A stretch of DNA of 64,000 nucleotides from Minisyncoccota bacterium (GTDB lineage Bacteria > Patescibacteriota > Minisyncoccia > Phycocordibacterales > UBA9973): the NCBI GenBank assembly GCA_018061035.1, contig JAGOUX010000001.1:6817-70816 (forward strand). The letters are read 5' to 3'. Numbering within the stretch: the first letter of the stretch is position 1; each line of letters starts with the position of its first letter. The position numbers were made by a program, and so were the translations under genes. The notes below the pieces were generated by a model. It saw only the letters and a list, made by a program, of their open reading frames with translations. It was not told the origin of the DNA and made no database searches. Positions 10,821 to 19,718 of the stretch are shown here, piece after piece.

Positions 10821-11315
10821 TTAGATTGAATTTGAACTCGCAAGGCGTTTTAGGCCAATGAAAGCAATTCCACCTGATAGAGCCAATAGAGCTAGAAGGC
10901 CGTAAGTGTTGGCACCAGCACCTGTTGTAGGTAAGCCTGGATTTGTAGTTGTGCCACCAGGAATTGGAGCATTCGTAGCTACAAATGTTCCGTTACATGG
11001 CGCAGCTGTGATTGTGCTGTAGCCATAAATAGACGTACATCCTGCCAAGTATGAGATTGCAACTGAACCTCCACTACATGGAGCGCCATTTGTGACACTG
11101 TATCCTAATACACTCGAACAACCGTATAAGTTTCCCATGGTTGCAGTGGAAGTGCCATTACATGGAAGACCAGTTGTAACACTGTATCCCATCGCACTTG
11201 AACATCCCGAAGGAAAAGTCGCTGTCTGAGCACTAGCTGTCTCGGTTCCGCTAATAAACGCAATACTAAGCATGAATCCTAATACCATTGCTGATCCAAA
11301 TATTTTTTTAATCAT
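10821..11315 (-). CDS. LPXTG-anchored surface protein with tandem Cys-containing repeats
   Basis: Signal peptide; at least three ~26-aa repeats C-x5-Y-S-x-T-x-x-P-C-x-G; C-terminal LPTTG plus hydrophobic stretch plus KR tail. Confidence 0.7.
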   Translation of the reverse strand: MIKKIFGSAMVLGFMLSIAFISGTETASAQTATFPSGCSSAMGYSVTTGLPCNGTSTATMGNLYGCSSVLGYSVTNGAPCSGGSVAISYLAGCTSIYGYSTITAAPCNGTFVATNAPIPGGTTTNPGLPTTGAGANTYGLLALLALSGGIAFIGLKRLASSNSI

Positions 11316-11465
11316 AAAATTTTATAGTTATAGTCATTAATAATACCGACCTATATAAAGAAGATTATTCTCTATATAGCTACATTATATAAAATATATG
11401 TTAAATTAGCTAAATTAGTTATCCCCTTAAAATAATCATACAAAATAGGGATAATACATCTATAT

Positions 11466-12020
11466 TTATTTCTTATTAAATGCCATGTTAAACATTCCCA
11501 AAGCTTCAACCAGTTCTTCTCTCTCTATGATGATCTTCAAAAAGGCAATAATCAGTCCTTTTGTGATAGGAATTTCTTCCTTATTTTCTACCAGTATTTC
11601 AGCCTCGACAAAATATCTAATATTTTCAGAATGATCAAATTTTACATTATCCATGTCTACATGCATGGTTGTATTTTGATATTTACCTGCCCAACTTTGT
11701 CGATCTTTTGAGAGTTTTAAAATTATTGGCCCAGACTCAATCACCTTCATGAATTCTGCCCGAGTCACTTCCCTTTCTGTTTCCTTGGTAATTTTATTTC
11801 CATCCACAATTTCTGTTTCTTTCTCTGTGTATAGAATATTTTTCCCTTCATCTCGATAACGTTTGATATTATAGCCACCTTCGGCTAATTTAGTTGCCTC
11901 AGTATAATAATTATCTTGATGCACAGTATCTCGTGAGATAAAACCATCTCTTGTGAGTGTTTGAACTAATTTTGCCCTTTCCTCTTTAGTTATTTCTACT
12001 TTATATTCTACTTCGTACAT
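11466..12020 (-). CDS. CYTH-domain (triphosphate tunnel metalloenzyme) protein
   Basis: N-terminal EVEYKVEI and C-terminal ExExE (FVEAEILVE) pattern typical of CYTH. Confidence 0.5.
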   Translation of the reverse strand: MYEVEYKVEITKEERAKLVQTLTRDGFISRDTVHQDNYYTEATKLAEGGYNIKRYRDEGKNILYTEKETEIVDGNKITKETEREVTRAEFMKVIESGPIILKLSKDRQSWAGKYQNTTMHVDMDNVKFDHSENIRYFVEAEILVENKEEIPITKGLIIAFLKIIIEREELVEALGMFNMAFNKK

Positions 12021-12022
12021 AA

Positions 12023-13123
12023 TTATTTATTATAAGATGACTCAAGTACTGCCATTTTTGCTAATAGCACAGGATGAGTGATGAACGGTTTAGTATATTC
12101 TAGGAATTCAATAAATAAAGGTATCTTTTGTGCTCGCTCATATTCAAATGCTTTCTCTACAGCTTGATATTTATCTATTTGTCTTGCGAGTGAAGCAATT
12201 TCATCATCAGATAATTCAAATTTAAGCCATAAGTCTAGTATCTCTTGTCCCTTGCCCCCAAGCTCGCTACAAATTTTAGTTAATGCTTCTCGCTCAGCAA
12301 TAAACTTGTCTTCCTTGAGTTGTTTTAGCTTGATTTTATCTTCTTCAACCACTATTTGATCACCATTAATAGCCTCAGGCCAATCGTGTATCTCTAGCAT
12401 ATCAAGCAATTCTCTCTTTTCCATTTCTGATAAATCAGGTATCTCTAGAGCCACTATTCGAGCTGAGATTGTGTGTTGCTGTACAGTTTCGGGATTCTTG
12501 ACTGAGCGCTTAACCCAACCTTTTCTTTTAAGTTTACCTAACTCTGCCCATGCATCGGGAGCTAAATGTGCGAATCTAAGTTTAGGACCTTGTTCCTGAA
12601 GTGGCTTGCCATACTTTTCATACATATCCTCAATTCCAGCCTTCAGAGCATCAAGACCCATTATTTTCCTCCGCTCATCAACATGTTCCGGGTCCTTTAT
12701 CGGCTTTGGCACGAATTCTCCATTTATTTCATCGAATTGTGTTCCATAGGTTTGTTCACCTGTTTCCTTTAAGAGAACTCGATCCTCTAATAAAGCTATG
12801 TTCTTTGAGTTGATCTCGCTGTGAGGCAACTTCTTCATTAATTCCAAACAATATCTTTGAAAAGTTACGTCATGATCAGCGTGCTGGACAAGTAGCCAGG
12901 CATCTTCAGAGCCATTTTTGCCGATATTAGATATGGTGGGCCAGCCAATCTCATTAACGATCTCTTTCATCCTGTCAGTATTTTTCCTGTCGACTTCATA
13001 ATCCCAAAAATCGTCATCTTTTAGACTTCTATCACGCATGTCCTGATCAATATTAACCATTTCTTTTAACTCTAGTGCGATCTTAGGATACATTATTGGT
13101 TGTGGAATTGATTCGTTTTTCAT
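12023..13123 (-). CDS. HD-domain phosphohydrolase (YfbR-like) with uncharacterised N-terminal domain
   Basis: H...HD motif (QQHTISA ... EIHDWPEAINGD) in the C-terminal half. Confidence 0.55.
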   Translation of the reverse strand: MKNESIPQPIMYPKIALELKEMVNIDQDMRDRSLKDDDFWDYEVDRKNTDRMKEIVNEIGWPTISNIGKNGSEDAWLLVQHADHDVTFQRYCLELMKKLPHSEINSKNIALLEDRVLLKETGEQTYGTQFDEINGEFVPKPIKDPEHVDERRKIMGLDALKAGIEDMYEKYGKPLQEQGPKLRFAHLAPDAWAELGKLKRKGWVKRSVKNPETVQQHTISARIVALEIPDLSEMEKRELLDMLEIHDWPEAINGDQIVVEEDKIKLKQLKEDKFIAEREALTKICSELGGKGQEILDLWLKFELSDDEIASLARQIDKYQAVEKAFEYERAQKIPLFIEFLEYTKPFITHPVLLAKMAVLESSYNK

Positions 13124-13143
13124 GGAAATTGATAAATATTTGT

Positions 13144-13767
13144 CTAGCTATTCAATAAAATCTCCTGTAATGCTTGAGGGTTATGGACTAAAAAATCAGG
13201 CTCTACAGAACTCAATCTTTTTTCATTGCAGAAACCCCATGTGACTGCGACGCTATGTATACCAAACTTTTTGGCAACTTCAACTTCATGATTGCTGTCT
13301 CCGATGAAATAAGTCTCTTCCGGTTCTAGCTGGTACTCTTTAATAATACCCTCAACAGAATCTGATTTGTCATGCACTTCTGATATAACCTTATCGAATA
13401 TATCTTTAAGTCCAAAAAGTTCAATTTCCTTTAATAACGTCTCCTTGTGATCTGAACTTACTACAACAAGAAGATTATTCATTCGTTTCAAATCTATTAT
13501 CAATTCGGCAATTTGCGGAAATACCCCAGATTTAGGACAGTCAGTGCTGGTCATGGCTTCCCTGTAGTCTCTGCCTTCTTCCTCAAGGGAAATATCAGGT
13601 ATGTATTTGTTATAAAAAAGCTGATACGGTTGTTCCCAGTCTTCTCTGAATTGTTCGAGCGACAAGGGTTCCACTCCGTGCTTTTGAAACACTTTATTAG
13701 TAGCCCAGAGTTGGGCTTTCACTGCATCTTTTATCACTCCTGACCAGTCAAAAATTATATTTTTCAT
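13144..13767 (-). CDS. HAD-superfamily hydrolase
   Basis: N-terminal IFDWSGVIKD (motif I variant) and IGDSNHEV (motif IV). Confidence 0.6.
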   Translation of the reverse strand: MKNIIFDWSGVIKDAVKAQLWATNKVFQKHGVEPLSLEQFREDWEQPYQLFYNKYIPDISLEEEGRDYREAMTSTDCPKSGVFPQIAELIIDLKRMNNLLVVVSSDHKETLLKEIELFGLKDIFDKVISEVHDKSDSVEGIIKEYQLEPEETYFIGDSNHEVEVAKKFGIHSVAVTWGFCNEKRLSSVEPDFLVHNPQALQEILLNS

Positions 13768-13785
13768 TATTTAACGTTCTCTGTA

Positions 13786-14262
13786 TTATCCCTGGCGTGC
13801 CTTGTCTATAGTTGCAACGTCAATCTTTTGCATGGTCATCATGGCATCGAAGGCACGCTTTGCCTCCTCACCGCTTGCTACCATAGCCTCGATAAGAGTT
13901 CGAGGGGTAATCTGCCAGGACAAGCCCCATTTGTCTTTGCACCATCCGCACTCACTCTCCTTGCCTCCATTTCCAACGATCGCGTTCCAATATTTATCTG
14001 TTTCTTCTTGATCTTCGGTCATTATCTGAAAAGAAAAAGCTTCGCTCTGCTTGAACACAGGGCCACCATTTAGACCTATGCAAGGGATACCGCACACGGT
14101 GAATTCTACGGTCAACACATCACCCTGCTTGCCACCTGGAAAATCACTCGGCGCATGGGAGACACTAGTTAACTTACTATCAGGGAAAGTAGCTGCATAA
14201 AATTTTGCCGCCTCTTCTGCTTCCTTATCAAACCAAAGACAAATTGTATTTTTAGGTATCAT
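13786..14262 (-). CDS. VOC/glyoxalase-fold protein (PhnB-like)
   Basis: N-terminus ICLWFDKEAEEAAKFYAATFPDS is characteristic of the PhnB/3-demethylubiquinone-MTase-like VOC family. Confidence 0.6.
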   Translation of the reverse strand: MIPKNTICLWFDKEAEEAAKFYAATFPDSKLTSVSHAPSDFPGGKQGDVLTVEFTVCGIPCIGLNGGPVFKQSEAFSFQIMTEDQEETDKYWNAIVGNGGKESECGWCKDKWGLSWQITPRTLIEAMVASGEEAKRAFDAMMTMQKIDVATIDKARQG

Positions 14263-14337
14263 GTTTTTATGATATCACAGCGAGTTGAATTCTCAATCAA
14301 TTACTATTTCTCCCATCAAACGACATTTGCTTGCTTG

Positions 14338-14408
14338 CTGGGAGACATGGATTCGAACCATGATTCACGGCTTCAAAGGCCGCTGTCCTACCATTAGACG
14401 ATCTCCCA
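14338..14408 (-). tRNA. tRNA-Gln (anticodon UUG)
   Basis: Folded by hand: acceptor UGGGAGA/UCUCCCA with U1-A72 and G73 (typical of tRNA-Gln), anticodon loop CUUUGAA, T-arm CAUGG-UUCGAAU-CCAUG; no encoded CCA. Confidence 0.8.
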
Positions 14409-14417
14409 ATATAAACA

Positions 14418-15458
14418 CTACTTATCTTGCCCGATTATCTTGATTAAGGCAAGCTCTAGTGGCAATTCAGGAATGAATGTATTATCCATATTTTGATAGC
14501 TTTTGAGAAGCACTGCGAGGGCTGGGGATCGAATCATTCCTTCTTTGTCACCTTTTACTATACCTTCTAGGAAACCGAGATCTGCCTCGCTCACCCCTCC
14601 CGCCATTTCAGCCTTAAGCTTGGGCGCATAGCGGATAATTATCGCTACTCTAAATTTCTCAATGATCAGTTTGAAGTACAGCTTCAAGTCCAGATTATTT
14701 TCGTTTGCAGTTTTGACCGTACTAATACCTTTCTCAATATTCTTTTCAGCAATTGCAGAAATAAAATCATTTACCAGAACGCTCTTTGGTGCTCCAGTGA
14801 TAGCTTCCACATCTTCACGTTTGATTTTCTTATTTTTTGAAAAATTAAGTACCTTTTGGAGCTGTCCTAAGGCATCGCGGTATGATCCATCTCCCAAAAT
14901 AGCCACTAGCTCGGCACTTCCGGCATCAAGCTCGAAGCCTTCCTTTTTCGCTACATCGGTGAGCATTTTCCTGAGTATTGTGTCGCTGGGTTTCTTGAAA
15001 GTGAATATCTGGCAACGAGAAATAATTGTTTCGGGAACTTTATGAAGCTCTGTGGTCGCTAATATAAAAATGACATGTTTTGGAGGCTCTTCCAAGGTCT
15101 TCAGCAATGCATTAAATGCCTCTTTGGTAAGCATATGCACCTCGTCGATGATATATACCTTATATTTTGAATCAAATGGCAATACTCGTACTCCGTCTCG
15201 AAGTGCTTTAATATCATCGATGCCTCTATTCGAAGCGGCATCAATTTCATAGAGATCATTCACTGATACTCCAATACTGGTAGCGAAAATTCTTGCAAGC
15301 GAAGTCTTGCCAGTGCCTCGTGTTCCTACAAAAAGATAAGCGTGGGATACCTTGTTGCTCTCTACTGAACTCTCGAGTACGCTAACAATATGATCCTGCC
15401 CGAGGACTTCCTTAAATTTACTTGGTCTATATTTACGGTACAGGGCTAAATCGTGCAT
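14418..15458 (-). CDS. dnaX: DNA polymerase III subunit gamma/tau, short form
   Basis: Walker A GTRGTGKTS, LLKTLEEPP clamp-loader motif; only 346 aa. Confidence 0.85.
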   Translation of the reverse strand: MHDLALYRKYRPSKFKEVLGQDHIVSVLESSVESNKVSHAYLFVGTRGTGKTSLARIFATSIGVSVNDLYEIDAASNRGIDDIKALRDGVRVLPFDSKYKVYIIDEVHMLTKEAFNALLKTLEEPPKHVIFILATTELHKVPETIISRCQIFTFKKPSDTILRKMLTDVAKKEGFELDAGSAELVAILGDGSYRDALGQLQKVLNFSKNKKIKREDVEAITGAPKSVLVNDFISAIAEKNIEKGISTVKTANENNLDLKLYFKLIIEKFRVAIIIRYAPKLKAEMAGGVSEADLGFLEGIVKGDKEGMIRSPALAVLLKSYQNMDNTFIPELPLELALIKIIGQDK

Positions 15459-15467
15459 TGCATTATT

Positions 15468-16448
15468 CTACCCTAAAGTAGCCAAAAAATCATTAGTTAT
15501 AGTTTCGATCTCAGATGCAGTATTTGCTTCCATCAGCTTAACTCGGAGTTCCTTTGCCCCATCAAAATTATTAACATAAGCTTTGTAGTGCTTCTTCATG
15601 ATTGCAAAGTTCTTGTATCCACCAAGTTTCTCTTCGAATAATTTTGTATGTTCGACCATGACTCGTAATTTCTCCTCTACCGACGGTACTTTTGTAAAGG
15701 ACTGTCCTTTACAAGAAAATAGCCAGGGGTTGCCAAAGATAGCTCTACCGAGCATAACACCATCACAACCAGTATCTGCAACTTTTTTCTCAGCATCAGA
15801 GATATCAAGAGCATCGCCATTGCCGAAAATGAGAGTATCTTTCTTCATTTCATCGCGAATAGCTAAGACATCCTTCATCAAGTCCCAGTGAGCTGGAACT
15901 AGAGACATTTCTTTTCGAGTACGAAGGTGAACTGTGAGCACTGCTATATCTTCTGACAATAGTTCGCGAATCCATGTATCTATCTCATTTTTATTATATC
16001 CAATGCGAGTCTTTACCGATATTGGCAATCCTTGACCTCCTTCGATGGCAGCACGAATAACCTCGCGGGCAAGCTTGGGATCTTTCATCATCGCTGCTCC
16101 TGCGCATTGCTTCTCAATGCTTTTATCGGGACAACCCATATTAATATCAATACCATCAAAACCAAGCTCCTTGCAGAGTTTTGCAGCTTCGCGGATATTC
16201 TCAGGCTTGCCTCCAAATATCTGCGCTACAATCGGGTGCTCATTAGGGCTAAATTTTAAATCAATCAGAAGTTTTTCGCGTGCCTGAAGGTGGGCTAATC
16301 CATCAGCAGAGACAAATTCAGTCCAGAATACATCAGGCTTCCCATATTTGTTTATAATCTCTCTAAACACACAATCCGTAACATCAGCCATAGGCGCTAG
16401 CACCATTATTGGTTTATTAAGTTTTGCCCAAAATCCTAAATTGCTCAT
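15468..16448 (-). CDS. tRNA-dihydrouridine synthase
   Basis: LAPMADVTDCVFRE and DINMGCP motifs of the Dus family; carries an in-frame palindromic insert (see findings). Confidence 0.85.
   Translation of the reverse strand: MSNLGFWAKLNKPIMVLAPMADVTDCVFREIINKYGKPDVFWTEFVSADGLAHLQAREKLLIDLKFSPNEHPIVAQIFGGKPENIREAAKLCKELGFDGIDINMGCPDKSIEKQCAGAAMMKDPKLAREVIRAAIEGGQGLPISVKTRIGYNKNEIDTWIRELLSEDIAVLTVHLRTRKEMSLVPAHWDLMKDVLAIRDEMKKDTLIFGNGDALDISDAEKKVADTGCDGVMLGRAIFGNPWLFSCKGQSFTKVPSVEEKLRVMVEHTKLFEEKLGGYKNFAIMKKHYKAYVNNFDGAKELRVKLMEANTASEIETITNDFLATLG
15691..15714. repeat. 24-bp perfect palindrome TTTGTAAAGGACTGTCCTTTACAA inside the dus CDS
   Basis: Identical to 38471-38494 inside rsmI; in frame, encoding CKGQSFT. 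Confidence 0.85.
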
Positions 16449-16453
16449 CAGAA

Positions 16454-17344
16454 TTATTTAAATTTATAGTAAACTTTATTACCAAAACGAAGATCGATAT
16501 ACAATAAATTATTAAAATTATTCCTAAAATCATTCGCCAAAGGCTCGGTCGACAATGCTGTTTCTAGATTTTCTGCAATCTTATTTAAGTCTGAATCACT
16601 TCTAAACAATATTTTTTGTGCATTTGGTGGTGTCAGATTCGAGGCTAAATACAATTCTATGTCACCATCATCCTTGGCATAAAGTATCGATGGCTTCAAT
16701 TCCATTTTCGAAATTGCATTTTTAAAATCAAGGATGTCTTTCCATTGTAATGGCATAAAAGACAGACCCTCTGGTGTCTCACCATCTCCGCCCAATCCGC
16801 CATAAAATTTGAAATAGACATTACCCGAAAAATACGGCGCTCGGTCAAAAATATACCCATTGTCATCCATAAAATAACATCCGTTCGCGTCAGCCTTGGC
16901 GATAAGTGTCTGATTTATTTCTTCACTGATTTCATTTCCACACCATAAATACTTTCCTTCTCGTTCGCTGAAATTTATGTTCAAAGTTTTATGTCCATCC
17001 ATCTCAAAGCTGACATCTTTGATTCTTCGAAATTCAGTTGTTAGATTTGCTAGGACTGTATTTTCGGGGTATAGCAAAAAATTATTCTTGGGAAATAACC
17101 AAAAATAATATCCCGAAATATCCTGAGCCACTCTAGACCGTACAGATTCTACTTCGATTACTTTGTTTCCAGAAATATTAATATTTTCAATTCTCAAACT
17201 TGGAATACGTGCTATCAAGGTCAGACAGATAAGTCCAATAGCAAAAAATACACTATACAAAATAATTTTGTTGCGCAAATTCTTCCGTCTTTGTTTTTTG
17301 AGCTCTCTCAAACGCGGAGAGCTTAATACATCTCTCTTTTGCAT
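16454..17344 (-). CDS. FtsQ/DivIB-like cell-division protein (POTRA-like)
   Basis: Single N-terminal TM followed by an FtsQ POTRA-like pattern (IENINISGNKVIEVESV...). Confidence 0.45.
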   Translation of the reverse strand: MQKRDVLSSPRLRELKKQRRKNLRNKIILYSVFFAIGLICLTLIARIPSLRIENINISGNKVIEVESVRSRVAQDISGYYFWLFPKNNFLLYPENTVLANLTTEFRRIKDVSFEMDGHKTLNINFSEREGKYLWCGNEISEEINQTLIAKADANGCYFMDDNGYIFDRAPYFSGNVYFKFYGGLGGDGETPEGLSFMPLQWKDILDFKNAISKMELKPSILYAKDDGDIELYLASNLTPPNAQKILFRSDSDLNKIAENLETALSTEPLANDFRNNFNNLLYIDLRFGNKVYYKFK

Positions 17345-17363
17345 AATATATTATTGCCGACAA

Positions 17364-18632
17364 TTATTTACCGATGAATTCCCTACCACCCATATACTTT
17401 CGCAAAACATCAGGAATTCTTATTGTTCCATCGGCTTGCTGGCAATTTTCGATCAATGATACTAGGGCTCTTGGTGTGGCGATGGCAGTATTATTAAGAG
17501 AGTGCGCATACTGCATTTTGCCTGCCTCATCTTTATAGCGTATTCCCAATCTTCGCGTTTGAAAATCATGAAAATATGAAGCAGAAGCAACTTCTCGATA
17601 TTTATTCTCTTTCGGAACCCAAGCCTCTAGGTCGTATTTCTTTACTTGTCCTAGACCTAGATCACCTCCACAATTTATAACCTTATGATAAGGCAAATTC
17701 ATAGATTCAAAAAATTCTTCGGTATTCTTGGTGAGTTCCTCATGAAATTTGACCGATACTTCGTGATTCGCTTCACAAAGTATCACTTGCTCAAATTTAT
17801 AAAATTCATGAACTCTAATTAGACCCTTCACATCTTTGCCATGGCTTCCTGCTTCGAGTCTATAACACGGAGAAAAGCCGAGATATTTTATTGGTAAACT
17901 TGCTTCGTCGAGAACCTCACCAGCATGCATACCCATTATTGGAACTTCTGCTGTGCCAGCAAGGTAGTCGCCAGTCTGAGTCTTGTACAGATCTTCTTCG
18001 CTCTGAGGAATCATAGCGGTACCAATAAAATTTTCTTTTCTGGCGATAGCAGGAGGAAGAACAAAAGTATAACCTCGAGAAGTAAAAAATTCCATCGCGT
18101 GATTCCAAATAGCCATCGACAACATAGCACCATCACCAATCAAAAAGTATCCGCGAAAACCATGCACCTTGGTACCTCTTTCAAAATCTACCATCTTGAG
18201 TGCATTCATGATTTCTAGATGATCCTTCGGTTCAAAATCAAAGACAGGTTTTTCACCCCAGACTTTTACTTCTTGATTCTCTTCATCAGTATTTCCCTCA
18301 GGAACTGTCATATCAGGAACATTCGGAACATGTAGCATCATTAACTGCCATTCATTCATGATTGTTTTCAATTTCTCTTCTTTGGCTTTTATCTCGTCCT
18401 TAACTACTCGCATCTCTTCTATCAGTTGAACCTTAAGAGCAGGATCTTGATCTCTACCAATATCATTTGAAACTCGATTGACTTCTGTGCGCAATACTTC
18501 GATTTCTTTTAGTAGTACCAACCTTGTATCATCGAGTGCGATAAGAGCATCAATATCAATTTCTACACGTTTTTTCTTCGCCCCCATCTGGACGATATCT
18601 TTATTCTCGCGAATGAATTTAATATCTAACAT
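17364..18632 (-). CDS. serS: Seryl-tRNA synthetase
   Basis: N-terminal coiled-coil arm plus class II catalytic core; 422 aa. Confidence 0.9.
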   Translation of the reverse strand: MLDIKFIRENKDIVQMGAKKKRVEIDIDALIALDDTRLVLLKEIEVLRTEVNRVSNDIGRDQDPALKVQLIEEMRVVKDEIKAKEEKLKTIMNEWQLMMLHVPNVPDMTVPEGNTDEENQEVKVWGEKPVFDFEPKDHLEIMNALKMVDFERGTKVHGFRGYFLIGDGAMLSMAIWNHAMEFFTSRGYTFVLPPAIARKENFIGTAMIPQSEEDLYKTQTGDYLAGTAEVPIMGMHAGEVLDEASLPIKYLGFSPCYRLEAGSHGKDVKGLIRVHEFYKFEQVILCEANHEVSVKFHEELTKNTEEFFESMNLPYHKVINCGGDLGLGQVKKYDLEAWVPKENKYREVASASYFHDFQTRRLGIRYKDEAGKMQYAHSLNNTAIATPRALVSLIENCQQADGTIRIPDVLRKYMGGREFIGK

Positions 18633-18654
18633 ATTTCATATTGTATATAAATAT

Positions 18655-18663
18655 TGATATAAT
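18655..18663 (+). promoter_or_regulatory. Extended -10 element TGaTATAAT upstream of dprA
   Basis: TG-n-TATAAT, 11 nt before the ATG at 18675, with no SD; suggests a very short or leaderless transcript. Confidence 0.4.
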
Positions 18664-18674
18664 TGCAAAATAAC

Positions 18675-19535
18675 ATGTATCAATTAGAAATTTTGGAAAA
18701 AGAAAATATTCCGAAAGATTTACTCGAAATTCCACAACCTCCCAAGAAACTCTACATCTCTGGATCGCTTCCACCGAGCGGAACTATATTTTTGGCTGTA
18801 GTTGGATCAAGAAAAGCAACCAACTATGGAAAAGATGTTGTGAGGAAATTGATATCAGGACTCAAGGGTTATCCTATCGCTATTGTTTCTGGTCTGGCTC
18901 AAGGGATAGATGCTCTGGCCCATGAAGCAGCCATGGAAGCTGGATTATATGTTTTGGGTTTCCCTGGAAGTGGAATTTCAGACGAAGCTCTTTCTTATAA
19001 TCCAAATACTGCACTAATTAAAAAAGTTAGCGAGAATGGATGTCTTGTTTCGGAATTCGCACCTGATTTCAAGGCCACTTCATATGCATTTCCAATGCGC
19101 AATAGATTAGTCGCCGGGATATCAAAGGCTGCACTTATAATTGAAGCCCAGGAAAAATCAGGAACATTGATCACTGCCAGAATGGCTCTAGATTATAATA
19201 AGGAAGTTTTAGTTGTTCCAGGTCCAATTAATTCCGAGTATTCCAAGGGTACAAACAGACTTCTTAAAAATGGTGCCACCCCCATAACTTCAAGTGAAGA
19301 TATTTTGGAAGCATTGGGATTTAAATTAGATGATTCGATAAAGCAAGAAAGTTTATTTAATGATGCTTCGAATGAAGAAAAAAAGATACTCAAATTACTC
19401 ATCGAACCACTTGAGCGTGATGAATTAATTAGAAAAATGAAAATTGAAATCGGTGAGGCAAATGCCATTCTGTCTATTATGGAAATCAAAGGATTGATCA
19501 AGGAAGAGCTCGGTGAAATTCGAAAAATTTTCTAG
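18675..19535 (+). CDS. dprA: DNA processing protein DprA (Smf)
   Basis: SGLAQGIDALAHEAA (GxARGID motif). The ORF track starts at a TTG at 18663; I prefer the ATG at 18675. Confidence 0.85.
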   Translation: MYQLEILEKENIPKDLLEIPQPPKKLYISGSLPPSGTIFLAVVGSRKATNYGKDVVRKLISGLKGYPIAIVSGLAQGIDALAHEAAMEAGLYVLGFPGSGISDEALSYNPNTALIKKVSENGCLVSEFAPDFKATSYAFPMRNRLVAGISKAALIIEAQEKSGTLITARMALDYNKEVLVVPGPINSEYSKGTNRLLKNGATPITSSEDILEALGFKLDDSIKQESLFNDASNEEKKILKLLIEPLERDELIRKMKIEIGEANAILSIMEIKGLIKEELGEIRKIF

Positions 19536-19593
19536 CAAAATATTTTTGTAAATTTGCAATAGAAAACTATTTCGTGTAATACTTGTGTTGGAA

Positions 19594-19713
19594 ATGAATC
19601 CCGTTAGAAGCCGCGGTCGCATTCATTTCAAAATAAATGCTTTTACTAATATCAAAAAAATTATTACTATAAAAAAGCTTAACCGCGGTGTTACAACCGC
19701 GACCTGCTTCTAA
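19594..19713 (+). other. Upstream ORF within MITE copy 1 (39 aa, MNPVRSRGR...TATCF)
   Basis: ATG supplied by the left TSD copy, open through the element, TAA inside the right TIR 5 nt before the topA ATG. Confidence 0.45.
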
Positions 19714-19718
19714 ACGGG
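19599..19718 (+). mobile_element. MITE-like element, copy 1 (between the topA promoter and the topA start)
   Basis: TIRs CCCGTTAGAAGCCGCGGTCGC / GCGACCTGCTTCTAAACGGG; 5-bp direct repeat ATGAA at 19594-19598 and 19719-19723. Confidence 0.7.

Noticed and set aside
18663-18674. TTG start at 18663 for dprA as in the ORF track
   Set aside because: An ATG at 18675 (MYQLEILEKE) sits 11 nt after an extended -10. The TTG codon would overlap the -10 hexamer itself, so I prefer the ATG.
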